Source of the DNA: Candidatus Latescibacterota bacterium
GTDB lineage: Bacteria > Latescibacterota > UBA2968 > GCA-2709665
NCBI GenBank assembly: GCA_965219455.1
Contig: OZ244744.1
Span: forward strand, 4,512,001 to 4,576,000
DNA length: 64,000 nt
Direction: 5' to 3'
Part shown: piece by piece, positions 40,144-49,145 of the stretch
Position numbering within the stretch: the stretch's first letter is position 1
Layout of the letters: every line of letters begins with the position of its first letter
Position numbers and translations under genes: made by a program
Notes under the pieces: generated by a model
Told to the model about the DNA's origin: nothing
What the model saw: only the letters and a program-made list of their open reading frames with translations
The model's database searches: none

Positions 40144-41649
40144 ATGACAGACATCAATCCATCATCGCCGCTGCGGCTCGAATTGTTCGTTGATGACTGG
40201 CTTGTGGAACGCTTCGAGGGCGACGCGGCGCAACATCTGCACGAGCCGTTGGGCAAAGAGGTCGTGCTGATGAACGACAAGCCCTGGGAAGACACTTCTT
40301 TGGGCTACGTCTCGGTACTCAAGGACGGAGATCTGTTTCGCATGTACTACCGCGGCTATCATCACGGCAGCGGCGAAGACGCCCGAGGCGAACCGATGTG
40401 TTACGCGGAAAGCCGCGACGGCATCCGGTGGACGAAGCCAAACCTTGGTCTATTCAAATTCAGAGGATCCTCGGACAACAACATCGTCCTCGGTGGGGAT
40501 GGCAGAAAGTACCTTCCCACCGACAAATGGCAAGGCAAACTGGGAACCCACACTGGCCTAGGATGGCGCGGCGACATGGTCCCGTTCATCGACACCAGCC
40601 CAACTGTAAAACCCGACGCTCGGTACAAGGCACTGGTCCGCGGGGCTCGCGGCGCGCACCAGATTCCGGGAAAATACACCGATTACGGCATGTATCCCTT
40701 CAAGTCGCCGGACGGACTTCACTGGACGTTGATGACCGAAAAGCCCGTGATTACGAAGGGGCGATTCGATTCGCAGAACCTGGCGTTCTGGGATCCGGTT
40801 CGCGGCCGCTACGTCGCATTCGTGCGGGATCTGCTAAAAGGTTATATGCGCAATGTGCACATGGCCGTGTCGGACGATTTTGTGAACTGGACGGAACCCG
40901 TCCCGCTGAAGTATTCGGACAAGGTCGACCGGGAGATGTACACCAACGGCGTCCTTCCGTATGAACGCGCGCCACACATTCTGATCGCCTTTCCCACCGA
41001 ATACACGGACCGGTTTGCCGTCGCCCAGGTCCATCCCATCCTGATGACCAGCCGCGACGGCGGGCACTCGTTCCTGCGACGCCGCGAACCATTGATTCCC
41101 GGCAGTGCGCCCCAGCAACGCGATGGCAACCGCGCCAACTTCATGGCCCACGGTCTGGTTCGTGGCAATGAGCGCGAGTACTTCGTCTACGCCACCGAAG
41201 GGTACGGATATGAGGACCCGGAGTGGAAGAGGAAGTCATTCGTGCCGAGGACGCGGCTCAGGCGTTTTACGTTCCGTGTCGACGGATTCGTTTCCGTCCG
41301 ATTCGGTCCGGACGGCGGAACGATCGTGACAAAACCGTTTGTGCTCAACGGCAGCCAACTGGAGCTCAACTACATCGCCTGGCCCCGACCTGCCGGGGAA
41401 ATCCGGGTCGAAATCCAGGATGCAAACGGCCAGCCCTTGAAGGGCCTAACGCTGAACGACTGCAAGCCACTGCGGGGTGACGAAATCGACCACCCGGTCA
41501 CGTGGCAGTCCGGACTCACTCCCGGGGATTACGCCGGAAAGCCCGCGCGCCTACAGTTCCAATTCAAACACGCGGACCTTTTCAGCTTCAGGTTCGCAGT
41601 CGGTCGTATCACAAAAAACGGCGACGCAGAAATCGAGGGTGATAAGTAG
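40144..41649 (+). CDS. beta-propeller glycosidase-like protein (GH32/43/130 clan-like)
   Basis: LFVDD, YAESRDGIRWTKPNLG, SPDGLHW, FDSQN..FWD, RVDGFVS. Confidence 0.7.
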   Translation: MTDINPSSPLRLELFVDDWLVERFEGDAAQHLHEPLGKEVVLMNDKPWEDTSLGYVSVLKDGDLFRMYYRGYHHGSGEDARGEPMCYAESRDGIRWTKPNLGLFKFRGSSDNNIVLGGDGRKYLPTDKWQGKLGTHTGLGWRGDMVPFIDTSPTVKPDARYKALVRGARGAHQIPGKYTDYGMYPFKSPDGLHWTLMTEKPVITKGRFDSQNLAFWDPVRGRYVAFVRDLLKGYMRNVHMAVSDDFVNWTEPVPLKYSDKVDREMYTNGVLPYERAPHILIAFPTEYTDRFAVAQVHPILMTSRDGGHSFLRRREPLIPGSAPQQRDGNRANFMAHGLVRGNEREYFVYATEGYGYEDPEWKRKSFVPRTRLRRFTFRVDGFVSVRFGPDGGTIVTKPFVLNGSQLELNYIAWPRPAGEIRVEIQDANGQPLKGLTLNDCKPLRGDEIDHPVTWQSGLTPGDYAGKPARLQFQFKHADLFSFRFAVGRITKNGDAEIEGDK

Positions 41650-41718
41650 GTCATCGATGATGGTGTGGAACTGCTTCCGGTTGGACGAATTCACAAAAAG
41701 TAAATGGAAGTCCCGAAC

Positions 41719-41988
41719 ATGAGAGTTCCATCAACCCACCAAATTTCTCTTCTAGCGTTGGCCATAATCGCGCTGATCGCGCCGGATTGTTGCCTTGCCG
41801 AGCAACCGAAGATCGGCCGCGGCAAAAGCTGGGTTCGTTCGCATCCGTTTTGGATTAGCGGGCTGACGCAAAATGGAGCGTTGTACGACGTGGAAGAATA
41901 TCGTGGCGCGGGACTCAACACGTTGTTGGCTTGGAAACCGCGGCCCGTCTTGTTCGAAAAGTCGGTGGCCGCCCCTTTGCTCGTGTGA
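41719..41988 (+). pseudogene. 5' fragment of secreted protein, truncated next to IS91 remnant
   Basis: Signal peptide, then abrupt end adjacent to the transposase fragment. Confidence 0.45.
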
Positions 41989-41989
41989 T

Positions 41990-42225
41990 CGAGCTGCCCT
42001 TCACGACCGGTGGAGACACAGCGTCCCTGGACCCGTTCAAGGTGTTGAGGCTCGGGGTGGCGGGGTCAGGAGGCGTCATCGAATTCGGACTGAGGGAGGG
42101 GGGGCGTGGAGGCGCGATGGGCGGCGCGCGTGAGGCCAGGCCGACCCCGTCGAGGTAGGTGCGAATGGCCAGGGGCTCGGCCAGTGCGGCAATGATCTTC
42201 ATCTTGCCGCCACAGGCGGATGACA
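41990..42225 (-). mobile_element. IS91-family (rolling-circle) transposase C-terminal remnant
   Basis: CGGKMKIIAALAEPLAIRTYLDGVGLASRAPPIAPPRPP resembles the IS91/IS801 C-terminus; boundaries approximate. Confidence 0.65.
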
Positions 42226-42322
42226 TGACGTGTGTAGTTCTGAGAATCGAGTAGATTTTCTGAAGACAAAGACATCCCAAGCTTGCATCCTGCAACCCCA
42301 CCCAACCACCGTGCCGCACGCC

Positions 42323-42398
42323 CGTTAACAAAAGATGTGCGGCTCACTACGTTCGCCCAAACCGCCTGCGGCGGCTTCGCACATCAAGCACGTTATGC
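42323..42398 (+). repeat. attC site
   Basis: CGTTAAC...GATGTGCG/CGCACATC...GTTATGC. Confidence 0.85.
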
Positions 42399-42534
42399 GA
42401 AACTGGCGCAGAGCAGGAACCGCATCCACCCACCCCTTGTCAAGGCGGGCAAGATCAAACCCAGACCACCCTTGCGCTGAAAGTCACGTGAAACCTCTTA
42501 TGCACTTTACTCTGTCTCCAGGAGAGGACCAAGG

Positions 42535-42987
42535 ATGCCTGCCATTCGCTATCAGGCGGCAATAGTTGCAGACGATCGTCTACTTTTGCTGAAAGTCAAC
42601 GATCGAGGCACCGGAGAAACCTTCTGGGTGATCCCGGGTGGAGCCCGAGAGCCGAACGAAACGGAGGAAGAGTGTATTCGGCGTGAAGTGCTCGAAGAGA
42701 CGCACCTTTGTGTCGAAGTAGATTCGATGATCCTTGACGAGCAGGCGCCTGTTTATGACACGATATATGAGTGGCAGAAAACGTATAGGTGTCGAGTTGT
42801 TTCCGGAGAACCTCAGTCAGGAATTGAACCTGAAGTCGACACCGCAGATCATACCACTATTGCAGAGACTGGGTGGTTCGATCTGCGAACACCTACCACC
42901 TGGGATTCATTGGCGCTGAAGGATCCTATCACATTACCCTTGTTGCAACGCCTCAGGCGTATTTTGGGCTACTCTGGAGAGGGATAG
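42535..42987 (+). CDS. NUDIX hydrolase
   Basis: PGGAREPNETEEECIRREVLEET. Confidence 0.88.
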   Translation: MPAIRYQAAIVADDRLLLLKVNDRGTGETFWVIPGGAREPNETEEECIRREVLEETHLCVEVDSMILDEQAPVYDTIYEWQKTYRCRVVSGEPQSGIEPEVDTADHTTIAETGWFDLRTPTTWDSLALKDPITLPLLQRLRRILGYSGEG

Positions 42988-43109
42988 AGACTTCGGAACC
43001 ATTTCGCAGCTGATTCTGATTCGGGGAACAGCCACAACAAACCTGATATCGTTGCCCGCTCTACGCTGGCCCTATGAGGGCTTCGCCAGAAAGGGACCGC
43101 GCCAGATTC

Positions 43110-43252
43110 GCATAACAACGGCACCCCCGGCTTCGGCGCGTCCGCGCCTCCGCGCAACCTGCCTGTCGCTGTCACGGCGCTTGCTTGAAGAAAATCGCGA
43201 GGGGCAAGCGCCGCGCCAGCTTGGCAGGTTCGTGGGTGCTTGACCGTTATGC
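43110..43252 (+). repeat. attC site (long type)
   Basis: TTCGCATAAC is the reverse complement of cassette start GTTATGCGAA; closely similar to 58997-59141. Confidence 0.9.
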
Positions 43253-43338
43253 GCCATGCCGTTTTTTTGTCTGATTCCTTATCGAAAAGGGGGCAAAAAA
43301 CAACCCAGCCCTACCCTGAAGCGCAAGTCATTAAGTAG

Positions 43339-43367
43339 TTGCATTTTCCTATAAATTATTGTAAAAT
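43339..43367 (+). promoter_or_regulatory. cassette-borne sigma70 promoter (likely leaderless mRNA)
   Basis: TTGCAT-N17-TAAAAT, with ATG 6 nt after the -10 box. Confidence 0.65.
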
Positions 43368-43373
43368 ATAATT

Positions 43374-43631
43374 ATGCCGGAGATTAGTCGATTTCTTGGG
43401 ATCGTGATTGGTATGTTTTATCGTGAGCACGGACCACCCCATTTTCACGCCACATACGGTGAATATGACATCACGGTCGATATTGAGACAGGCGTTGTGA
43501 CAGGCCAATTTCCTAGACGGGCTCTGAGGCATGTTCTGGAATGGTATGATCTGCACCAAAGAGAACTGATGGAGAATTGGGAACGCGCAGACCAGCGTCG
43601 TCCGTTGAATAAAATTGCACCCTTGGAGTGA
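43374..43631 (+). CDS. DUF4160 family protein (putative toxin)
   Basis: MPEISRFLGIVIGMFYREHGPPHFHA...W. Confidence 0.9.
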   Translation: MPEISRFLGIVIGMFYREHGPPHFHATYGEYDITVDIETGVVTGQFPRRALRHVLEWYDLHQRELMENWERADQRRPLNKIAPLE

Positions 43632-43635
43632 GAAG

Positions 43636-43905
43636 ATGATACCCCGTGTGATTGAAGCTCACTATGTAGGCGACTATGTGATCTGGCTCAAATTCAGTGA
43701 TGGTGTGGAGGGAGAGGTAGAGTTGAAAGATGAACTATGGGGTCCCGTTTTTGAGTCGTTGAAGGATAAAGAGGAATTCAAGAAATTCCGAGTTCACCCT
43801 GACCTACATACGATAATGTGGAAGAATGAAGCCGACTTCGCACCTGAATTTCTCTACAGTATTGTCAAAGTTACGGCCTGTGTGGGAAGTTTCTTTTTTC
43901 TGTAG
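43636..43905 (+). CDS. DUF2442 family protein (putative antitoxin)
   Basis: LKFSDG.EGEV.L...GPVFESL....F...TIMWKNEADFAPE.LY. Confidence 0.88.
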   Translation: MIPRVIEAHYVGDYVIWLKFSDGVEGEVELKDELWGPVFESLKDKEEFKKFRVHPDLHTIMWKNEADFAPEFLYSIVKVTACVGSFFFL

Positions 43906-44084
43906 CTCATTGAGAAGAAAAAGCAACTCTCCACCTCGGCGGTTTGACTTAATACCGCCGATTTATTTTATCTTGGAAGTTTTTGGAGGTCAAAATCAAG
44001 AAAACCAAAAGAAGGTTATGTCGGCCCCGTTATGGCTTTACCCTCTAGACGACGATCCTAGATGTATTAAAGTTCAGCGCGACG

Positions 44085-44417
44085 GTGGGATTGAGTGGAT
44101 TCCTCCTTCTACTCGTAACCTCGATTAAGTCGTGCGACATAGAGGAAAGCCAACTAGCTCAAATCGAGGCGATGCGAGGACAGTTGTCGCAAGCCAGTGC
44201 GCGAATGGAGCACGTCTTAACCGAGTTGCAGTTACAGAGCGAGCTAATGCGTGAACAGGGCGGCACTTCTATGGCTCTCCTTTCGACAATCGAAAGTATC
44301 GACGAGAGAGTTCAGACTATCTCTGTAGTGACGAACCGCATAGACATGATAGGCGATGAACTAAAGGAGACCCACGAGACTGTGGGTGCTTCCCATAAAA
44401 CGAAAACGCAAGATTAG
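44085..44417 (+). CDS. hypothetical coiled-coil protein, possibly a fragment
   Basis: Hydrophobic start followed by heptad-rich sequence. Confidence 0.4.
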   Translation: MGLSGFLLLLVTSIKSCDIEESQLAQIEAMRGQLSQASARMEHVLTELQLQSELMREQGGTSMALLSTIESIDERVQTISVVTNRIDMIGDELKETHETVGASHKTKTQD

Positions 44418-44732
44418 AACGAATGTCAGCGCCGTTTTCGTTCTTGACAGATCCACCGGTTTCTATTTGAACACGATAACAAAGAACTTCCGACAGACGT
44501 CTAGCTTGTACACAGATAGCCAATCTCTATTACAGAATCCGGGCTCAGGGTTGACCAGTTGCAAGGGAATTCGATGGTTCCCGATCCTTCAATTGTAGTG
44601 ATTGCTTTGCTCATTCTTGCTCCCGTTTTTGTGGGGATTCTCTTTAAGCTCTTCAGCCCCCGAATGCGCTCAGTTACCGATGCGCGAATGCTTATGGCAG
44701 ATGAACAACCGGCCTTCCCTACGTGCCCATAT

Positions 44733-45167
44733 AGAGTGAGACAACCCAGGGGGTATCGCGCGAAAACGCGAAAAGCGTACCTTGGTCACGTCAGACGATT
44801 TGCCAATTATTGCGGCAAGGCACCTCGATCTTTTGGGGAGATGGAGGTCCGAAATTACGTGTATCACCTCCTTGAAACGGGAGCCTCGCACAGTTACGTC
44901 AATCAGTGCGTAAGTGCATTGAAATTCCTGTTCCTTCGAGTGTTGAAAGATCAGCATCCTCTTGAAAACCTGCCCCGTCCGAAAAAAGAGCACAAATGCG
45001 ACACACCTGCTTGAACGCGGGACCGACCTGCGATATATCCAGGTGTTCCTGGGCATGCAAGCCCAAAAACCACACAGATCTATGCTCGGGTGACGAATCG
45101 GGATCTCGCGAAAATCCAGAGCCCGCTGGATGCATTGATGGATGAAAGGGAGGCAGTTTTTGATTAG
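44733..45167 (+). pseudogene. tyrosine recombinase/integron-integrase-like remnant (copy 2) with internal deletion
   Basis: RGYRAKTRKAY...SHSYVNQCVSALKFLF...LPRPKKEHK joined out of frame to ATHLLERGTDLRYIQ...SPLDAL. Confidence 0.88.
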
Positions 45168-45304
45168 AGACGATGCTACCATAGGAAGCATTCCTGAACA
45201 TGTTCGGGCTACAAGCTTCAGCGTGGAATGTTCCCGAACGTTCGGAGATCCTCAGATCTGGTACGCATTAACGTACATGTTCGCCAATGCCGTAGTTATG
45301 CGCC
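45168..45304 (+). other. putative attI-like site (copy 2), crossover G|TT at 45295
   Basis: Homologous to 35662-35792; GTTATGCG matches the inverse core CGCATAAC at 46001. Confidence 0.65.
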
Positions 45305-45327
45305 AGCACGTGAGTACGACACTCATC

Positions 45328-45357
45328 AAGCCACCCGTTAATAAGCCACCCGTTAAT
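45328..45357 (+). repeat. 15-bp tandem duplication
   Basis: AAGCCACCCGTTAAT x2. Confidence 0.9.
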
Positions 45358-45365
45358 CGACAACG

Positions 45366-46007
45366 TTGATCCAGATAGGCGACTATTCCTTGGACGATGT
45401 TCTGAAGAAGGCAGACGAACTACGGAAGGAAACTGATGACCTGATCCATCGAAGAGGGTTGGGTCAGATTCTTAGCTCTTTCGGGAGGGTGTGGTATAGA
45501 GGCAGCTACGAACTGAATACAATGGCATGGGCCGACCTAGACATCCACATAGTGATGGAACCTGATCCCTGGTCAGTTGATGAGTTCTTCAAGTTGGGGG
45601 CCCGAATTGCGTCACTTGAGGGGGTGATTTCGATGAAGTTCGATGATTGTGCTCATCATCCTCGGGACGTGCTTCCGGAGGGCCTCTATTGGGGTACACG
45701 AATGGCCAGGGGAAAGAGCGAAATTCCCTGGAAGATAGATTTATGGTCCACAAGATCTGAACTTCTTGAAAGGGACAAGCTTCGGATTGCGAGAGTAAAA
45801 GAGCGAATGACTGAGTCACATCGAAGGAAGATCCTCAAAATCAAACACTCGCTCCTGACACCTGAGGGGAGAACGCCGGACTCGACCGGAAGACATATTT
45901 ACGATGCCATTCTTTTTAAAGGTCTTGAAACTCTTGGGGAAGTTAAAGACTACCTCCGAGCCAAAGGCATAAAGGACTTGCAGGGAAAACACGTGCCGGA
46001 CGCATAA
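45366..46007 (+). CDS. Pol-beta-superfamily nucleotidyltransferase-like protein
   Basis: GSYELNTMAWADLDIHI (GS..DxD) and WKIDLW; stop lies in the attC inverse core. Confidence 0.6.
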   Translation: MIQIGDYSLDDVLKKADELRKETDDLIHRRGLGQILSSFGRVWYRGSYELNTMAWADLDIHIVMEPDPWSVDEFFKLGARIASLEGVISMKFDDCAHHPRDVLPEGLYWGTRMARGKSEIPWKIDLWSTRSELLERDKLRIARVKERMTESHRRKILKIKHSLLTPEGRTPDSTGRHIYDAILFKGLETLGEVKDYLRAKGIKDLQGKHVPDA

Positions 46008-46087
46008 CACGACAGGCTGCGGCTCCGGGGCATTCGCCCCTTCGCTCAACCCGCTGCGCGGGTTCGCAGCCTGCGAGAACGTTAACA
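46002..46087 (+). repeat. attC site
   Basis: GCATAAC...CAGGCTGCG/CGCAGCCTG...GTTAACA. Confidence 0.88.
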
Positions 46088-46276
46088 GAAAGCACGCGCC
46101 AAAATCAGAACCAGCGGCCATCCTGGCCGCCAAGAAAACCTTTGATATGCTTCTGTTGCCTGTTGGATTTTTCTACAGCGAATTGGATATGTGGAGTTTC
46201 TGCGACCACGACTGAGATATTCCGCGATTCTTCCGTATGGGCAATAGTTAGCCACCAACCGCGTTGGGAACAGACC

Positions 46277-47449
46277 ATGGGCTCAAATCGGCTCCAGCCA
46301 ACAACCCGGAAGACCTTCGTCAGCGACCGACAAGATGGCCGCTTTATCGACACGGCGGGCTTCATACACGCGTTCATCAAATCCCACCGACCAAAGCTCG
46401 CGTTCGATCCGGATATGGATGCCCGCGAATTTCCTGCCTGGCGCGAACGGCTGCGCAAGAAGGTGCTCGAGTTGATGGCGTTTCCCGAAGTGGTCCGTCA
46501 ACCAGCGCCTAAACGCGTCGGCGTCGAGCAGCGTGCCGGATACCAACTCCAGCGTTGGGAGATATATCCCGAACTGCACTGCGTCGTACCCTTTCTGATG
46601 CTGGTCCCGGATGGCACGAGCGACCAGTCGCCCGCTCCGGCGGTCCTGTGTTTCCCGGGGTACAGCGGCAGCAAAGAAGGAATGGCCGGTGAGCGGGAAT
46701 TGAACGACCGCAAACTCGACTGGAGTGAAGAGAAGTGGCGCGACAACTGCATCGCCTTGCACTTCGTGCGCCAAGGAATGATCGCCGTGGCGGTTGACAA
46801 TCCCGCTCGTGCCGAAGCGGACAGTGCCCTTCGGGATCTTTCGGGAGTTTCGCTGTGCATGCTGTGGACAGGGCGCAACTATCTCGGCATTTCGGTCTTC
46901 CAGAAGACCCAGATCCTGCAGTGGCTGGCCCAATCGAGCATGGTAGACTCGAAGCGCATCGCAACATGTGGTCTATCGCTGGGTTCCGATCCGGCCGATA
47001 TCGTCGGGCTGCTCAATCCGGATCTGGTCGGAGCCGTCATCCATAACGATTTCCTGTGCGACTGGCGCGAACGAACGATTGCCCAGAATGCCTACGGCTC
47101 GACCCCTCACCACGTGGTTCCCGGAATGTATCGTTGGTTTGACGCTCCGGACATTCAAGCGGCACTGGCCCCGCGGCCTCTGCTCTACACAGAAGGTGGT
47201 CGCGCCCCTCATATCAGCAGGATCCGGGCCGCCTATAAAATGGCGGGGGCTCAGGACAACGTGAAGGTCTATCACTACAAGAAGTATGAGACCGCAGACG
47301 CTCGCCTCTACGACGACCAGCCGATCCCAGAAGGGCTGGCGGATGAAGAGTACTTCCTCTATGCCAATGTCGATGTGGCGGAACACCGCTTTCACCCCGA
47401 ACATGCTGTTCCTTGGCTGACGGAAGTTCTTATGCCGAAGACGGACTGA
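46277..47449 (+). CDS. alpha/beta hydrolase (dienelactone hydrolase/Abhydrolase_7-like)
   Basis: PAVLCFPG, VDSKRIATCGLSLG, ALAPRPLL. Confidence 0.8.
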   Translation: MGSNRLQPTTRKTFVSDRQDGRFIDTAGFIHAFIKSHRPKLAFDPDMDAREFPAWRERLRKKVLELMAFPEVVRQPAPKRVGVEQRAGYQLQRWEIYPELHCVVPFLMLVPDGTSDQSPAPAVLCFPGYSGSKEGMAGERELNDRKLDWSEEKWRDNCIALHFVRQGMIAVAVDNPARAEADSALRDLSGVSLCMLWTGRNYLGISVFQKTQILQWLAQSSMVDSKRIATCGLSLGSDPADIVGLLNPDLVGAVIHNDFLCDWRERTIAQNAYGSTPHHVVPGMYRWFDAPDIQAALAPRPLLYTEGGRAPHISRIRAAYKMAGAQDNVKVYHYKKYETADARLYDDQPIPEGLADEEYFLYANVDVAEHRFHPEHAVPWLTEVLMPKTD

Positions 47450-47467
47450 GAGCGGACAAAGTAGAAT

Positions 47468-47521
47468 GGCTAACAGGGCTTGCACCCGACTCGCTTCGCT
47501 CGTGGGAAGCCCTCGCTATAA
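47468..47521 (+). repeat. short attC of nested cassette, ending G|CT
   Basis: TGGCTAAC is the reverse complement of GTTAGCCA at 46247; AGGGCTT/AAGCCCT stem. Confidence 0.7.
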
Positions 47522-47694
47522 TTGAAGAGAGAAGTCAGAGAGACGATGTAGTTTGCGTTATTTTCGGGGACTGATTTCAGAACTGGCGTAAGGCAAATGG
47601 CAACATGTTTTGTTCAAGAGCTTGATGTAAAAACCAGAAAAGCACCCCGATGCGTGCCTCCTGGCAGGCCCACCCCACCCCGGCGCGTGCCATC

Positions 47695-47821
47695 TGTTAA
47701 CAGCGCACTCCCGGCTCGCTTCGCTCGACCAAAATGGCCGTGACTGATTCTCTGACTGATTGTAAAACCACTGATTCCTTCCCCAGGCACGGCCACTTCG
47801 GGAGCGCGCGAACCGTTAAAT
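47695..47821 (+). repeat. attC site
   Basis: TCTGTTAAC is the reverse complement of GTTAACAGA at 46081; GGCCGTG/CACGGCC stem; ends GTTAAAT. Confidence 0.82.
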
Positions 47822-47958
47822 GCAAGCAGCGCAGGAATCTTGAAAACCCAAACCGTGTAAGAATCGCGATGGCGGTAGATGTCCGCGCTACGCGAGTTCA
47901 CGTTCGGGCATCGTTACAGGTTCGCTCCGGAGGGATTGCGAGGGTCACAGATACAGGC

Positions 47959-48402
47959 GTGGATAAGAGGATTGCGTTCGTCCAATCGTGCTGGCACAAG
48001 GACATAGTCGACCAGGGTAAGATCGGATTTTTAGATAGGGCGAACACCCTCGGGATAGCGGCCGAGGGAGTCGAGTTTTTCGAAGTGCCCGGGAGTTTTG
48101 AGATTCCTCTATTGGCCAAACTCCTCGCCGAATCTGGAAAGTACTCTGCCATTGTAGCGGTGGGGCTGGTAGTTGATGGAGGCATATATAGGCATGAGTT
48201 CGTAGCTGAAGCGGTGATCAGTGGGATCATGAAACTCCAGCTTGAAACAGATATTCCAATAATCTCAGTTGTGCTGATCCCCCATAATTTCCACGAAACA
48301 GAAGATCATAGAGAGTTCTTTCGGCAGCACTTCATGGTCAAGGGCGAAGAAGCAGCTGACGCCTGCGCTAAGACCTTAGAGAACCTTGCTGCTATCGCTT
48401 GA
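47959..48402 (+). CDS. ribH: 6,7-dimethyl-8-ribityllumazine synthase, type II (RibH2-like)
   Basis: RIAFVQSCWHKDIV, VPGSFEIP, VVDGGIYRHEFVA, PHNFHE, KGEEAA. Confidence 0.88.
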   Translation: MDKRIAFVQSCWHKDIVDQGKIGFLDRANTLGIAAEGVEFFEVPGSFEIPLLAKLLAESGKYSAIVAVGLVVDGGIYRHEFVAEAVISGIMKLQLETDIPIISVVLIPHNFHETEDHREFFRQHFMVKGEEAADACAKTLENLAAIA

Positions 48403-48540
48403 GTGCAATGGCGAAACTAAGGGGGGGTGACTGCGATCCGAAAACTGAACGGCTCAGATCGATCAGGTTGGGACGGGCCATCTATTGAGACAATTCCTGA
48501 GTTGCTGTTGCTCTTCCAAGAGGTGAGGCTCGGACCCTTG

Positions 48541-48984
48541 ATGGACCAAAGGAAAAATGAGCTGGAAGGGTACATGACCGCAGCGCTTGTCGAAGGGCGA
48601 AAGGCACTGCCAGCCTGTCTTCCAAATCCACCAGTTGGATGCGTAATAGTACATTCTGACAGGATCATCTCGCGCGGATTCACAAATGCGCCTGGCGAGT
48701 GGCACGCCGAAACGATGGCACTGAGTCAGGTAGACGGACCCTTAGTGAGCTCAGCCGCATTCGTAACCCTTGAGCCCTGTTCATTTCACGGGAGAACACC
48801 CTCCTGTGCTTTGGCACTCATTGAGCGGAAGATTGGCCAAGTATTCGTAGGCATTCTGGATCCCCACCCCCGAAACCAGGGACGAGGCATTCAGCTCATG
48901 CAAGATGCTGGAATACAGGTGGAGGTAGGGCTGCTTGCCGATGAAGTCCTAAGGGATCTTGGCCAGTACCTCGCAATGGGCTAG
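48541..48984 (+). CDS. stand-alone RibD-type pyrimidine deaminase domain
   Basis: PNPPVGCV, HAE, VTLEPCSFHGRTPSC; no reductase domain. Confidence 0.85.
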   Translation: MDQRKNELEGYMTAALVEGRKALPACLPNPPVGCVIVHSDRIISRGFTNAPGEWHAETMALSQVDGPLVSSAAFVTLEPCSFHGRTPSCALALIERKIGQVFVGILDPHPRNQGRGIQLMQDAGIQVEVGLLADEVLRDLGQYLAMG

Positions 48985-49043
48985 GCACTGGCTCTATAGA
49001 TTCCGCCCGCCGATGGATCTGCTACCGAGGGCGCGCTGCCAGC

Positions 49044-49142
49044 ATTTAACATGACGGGCTGAGGCTCCGGCGCTTTCGCGCCTCCGACCCAACCTGCCTA
49101 CGCTGCGCTTCGGCAGGTTCGCAGCCCGCTTGAACGTTAGGG
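49044..49142 (+). repeat. attC site
   Basis: GCATTTAAC is the reverse complement of GTTAAATGC at 47815; CGGGCTG/CAGCCCG stem. Confidence 0.9.
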
Positions 49143-49145
49143 GCC

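Noticed and set aside
43920-44050. Similarity to 60830-60945 (A-rich tract then GTTATGTCGGC/GTGATGTCCGC)
   Set aside because: Too weak and low-complexity to call a repeat or att site by eye
44559-45014. Membrane-anchored integrase fusion protein
   Set aside because: Most simply a deletion junction joining a TM fragment to the recombinase remnant; catalytic core missing
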